NCBI GenBank assembly: GCA_964615345.1
Contig: CAZTMR010000002.1
Location: forward strand, 17,428-81,427
Origin: an uncultured Dehalococcoidaceae bacterium
GTDB taxonomy: Bacteria > Chloroflexota > Dehalococcoidia > Dehalococcoidales > RBG-16-60-22
Reading direction: 5' to 3'
Length of the DNA stretch: 64,000 bases
Under the pieces are notes generated by a model. It saw only the letters and a list, made by a program, of their open reading frames with translations, was not told the DNA's origin and did not search any database. A program made the translations under genes and the position numbers. Shown one piece after another: positions 62,601 through 64,000 of this stretch; the first letter of the stretch is position 1, and each line of letters begins with the position of its first letter.

Positions 62601-63155
62601 GTGCTGCTGAAATACCGGGTATGGGTCCTGGCGGCAGCGGCCGTCTTCAGCGCCGGCATTGTTTCCGGCCTGGTTACGCCGGACACCGGTACGGCGTTCT
62701 TCGGAGAAGACATGGCCGCGCTCGAAGAGCTGGCCGCCCGGCTGGGGCCTTTCCAGGCCTCCACCGCGGTTTTCATTTTTCTGAAAAACGTCCTGGCACT
62801 GGCGGTCAGCTTCGTTTTCAGCCCGTTTCTTTTTCTGGCGCCGCTGCTGGCCCTGGCCGCCAACGGCTGGATCCTGGCTTACGTTTCCACCTTTGTCATC
62901 AGGGAAGAGTCACTGGGTTTCCTGCTCGCCGGATTGCTGCCTCACGGCGTCTTCGAGCTTCCGGCCATCATCATCGGCGAAGCCGCCGCCCTCAGTTTCG
63001 GCGCCGCGGTGATGACCGCCCTGTTTTCAAAGCCAAAAAGAAGCCTTATAATGGTAAATATGAGGCAGAACGCCAGGTATATGCTCATCGCCTTTGCCTT
63101 GCTTCTGCCGGCAGCGATTATCGAGACCTACATATCTCCGCTCCTGCTGTCCTGA
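62601..63155 (+). CDS. SpoIIM-like / DUF95 membrane protein
   Basis: 5 TM; 'LLPHGVFELPAIIIGEAAAL' family motif. Confidence 0.75.
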   Translation: MLLKYRVWVLAAAAVFSAGIVSGLVTPDTGTAFFGEDMAALEELAARLGPFQASTAVFIFLKNVLALAVSFVFSPFLFLAPLLALAANGWILAYVSTFVIREESLGFLLAGLLPHGVFELPAIIIGEAAALSFGAAVMTALFSKPKRSLIMVNMRQNARYMLIAFALLLPAAIIETYISPLLLS

Positions 63156-63167
63156 AGGAGGCAAGCG

Positions 63168-63653
63168 ATGTATGAGCTAGGTTTATCCGTTCCCTTCTGG
63201 ATAACCGCCCTGCTCTGGATGGCAAAAACCGTCTGGCTGACCATCATCTGCACGTTCCTGGCCTGGCTGGGCATACGGGCGCTGGATGCCCTGACCCCCC
63301 ACATTCCGCACCGCCAGCGCATCGGGGAGAGCCCGGTAGCCACGGGGCTCTTTATCGCCGGCTTCTTTATCCTGGCCGGCCTGGTCATTCACGGTGCCAT
63401 CACCGCCCCTGCCGTCATCGGCGGCCCGATTCTGAACTATTTCTTCGATTTCCGCCGCCTCGGCCTCCTCGCCCTGAGTTTTCTGGTCAGCCTGCTTATC
63501 GGGGTCGCGCTCTTTTACCTGGTCGATAAGCTGACCCCGCGGATACCTTTTGCCAGCATTGGAAAGGAGCCGGTAGCCACGGGGGTCCATGTCTTCGGCT
63601 ATCTGGTTTTCTTCGGCCTGATATTGAACGCGGCTCTGACCACGCCGCTATAG
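63168..63653 (+). CDS. DUF350 membrane protein (two repeats)
   Basis: An internal duplication carries 'GESPVATGLFIAGFFILAGLVIHGAI' and 'GKEPVATGVHVFGYLVFFGLILNAAL'. Confidence 0.75.
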   Translation: MYELGLSVPFWITALLWMAKTVWLTIICTFLAWLGIRALDALTPHIPHRQRIGESPVATGLFIAGFFILAGLVIHGAITAPAVIGGPILNYFFDFRRLGLLALSFLVSLLIGVALFYLVDKLTPRIPFASIGKEPVATGVHVFGYLVFFGLILNAALTTPL

Positions 63654-63662
63654 TTTGCAACA

Positions 63663-64000
63663 ATGAAAAAGACAACGGTGTTACCGGTTTTACTCCTGCT
63701 CCTGGCAACCCTGCTGGCAGCCACGGGGGACGCTATGGCCAGCCCCTCCCGCGAGTTCCGGGAGCAGAACGAAGATATCGCCGACGACTGGGGCATAGTC
63801 CGCACCCGGGCCGTCGGTGAAGACGGCTTCTACCAGGTATCCCGGGGCGGGTTCCGCCCGGTCATCGTCTTTGAAGGCCTGGGCGCGGAGGCGGATATCG
63901 CCTACCGGCTGGGCGAGCGGATGGCGGCCGAATACCCGGAACGCGTCCAGCGGGCGGAAAAAATCTTTCAATTCGCCCGCAACCGCGTGACCTATACGTC
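63663..64000 (+). CDS. Secreted hypothetical protein, N-terminal part (runs off the right edge)
   Basis: ATG 63663; signal peptide 'MKKTTVLPVLLLLLATLLAATGDAMA'. The open frame continues to the window end ('...AEKIFQFARNRVTYT', reminiscent of transglutaminase-like proteins). Not in the track because there is no stop. Confidence 0.6.
   Translation, partial: MKKTTVLPVLLLLLATLLAATGDAMASPSREFREQNEDIADDWGIVRTRAVGEDGFYQVSRGGFRPVIVFEGLGAEADIAYRLGERMAAEYPERVQRAEKIFQFARNRVTYT

Noticed and set aside
1-64000. Search by eye for tRNA/rRNA genes, CRISPR repeats, IS elements, toxin-antitoxin pairs, retron or DGR reverse transcriptases.
   Set aside because: I found none. No GGTTCGAATCC-type T-arms occur in the intergenic spacers, there are no regularly spaced repeats, and there are no transposase or RT motifs. 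A tRNAscan/Infernal/ISEScan run is needed for certainty, because visual scanning can miss them.

Overview
GC-rich, almost fully coding bacterial chromosomal window of about 75 genes. I saw no rRNA, tRNA, CRISPR array or transposase by eye. T-box leaders on ileS and on a stand-alone trpB2, a 167-aa EF-Ts and lipobox-bearing exported proteins suggest a Chloroflexota-like organism; this is inference only. The backbone is housekeeping: rpsB-tsf-pyrH-frr-uppS-cdsA; rpsF-ssb-rpsR-rpmH-rnpA-yidD-(PQQ propeller lipoprotein)-yidC-jag-ileS; cca-secD-secF; recA-recX-rny-ymdB-PHP-plsY; uvrC; xerD; pcm. Three regions deserve a second look. (1) A promoter-driven minus-strand operon (20.2-24.8 kb) encodes nurA, a 55-aa membrane peptide, a 193-aa HAS-barrel-like protein, herA and a patatin lipase. 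It is an expanded bacterial NurA-HerA module with uncharacterised accessory genes and is my best candidate for an undescribed system. (2) An iron locus (16.4-20.2 kb) has a Fur box and fur, a frameshifted and truncated FTR1/EfeU relic hidden inside an 85-aa ORF call, a two-gene split feoB, a Cys-rich 60-aa peptide and a DtxR/FeoA-domain regulator. (3) A roughly 13-kb anaerobic acyl-CoA island (32.5-45.4 kb) carries meaB, an acyl-CoA dehydrogenase and a divergent two-subunit B12 acyl-CoA mutase. Converging on these are MaoC, a four-subunit benzoyl-CoA-reductase/2-hydroxyacyl-CoA-dehydratase-type enzyme with two distinct ATPase subunits, DUF35+thiolase, and a membrane HdrD/DsrMK-like Fe-S oxidoreductase. 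The many long antisense ORFs in the track are GC-driven shadow ORFs.
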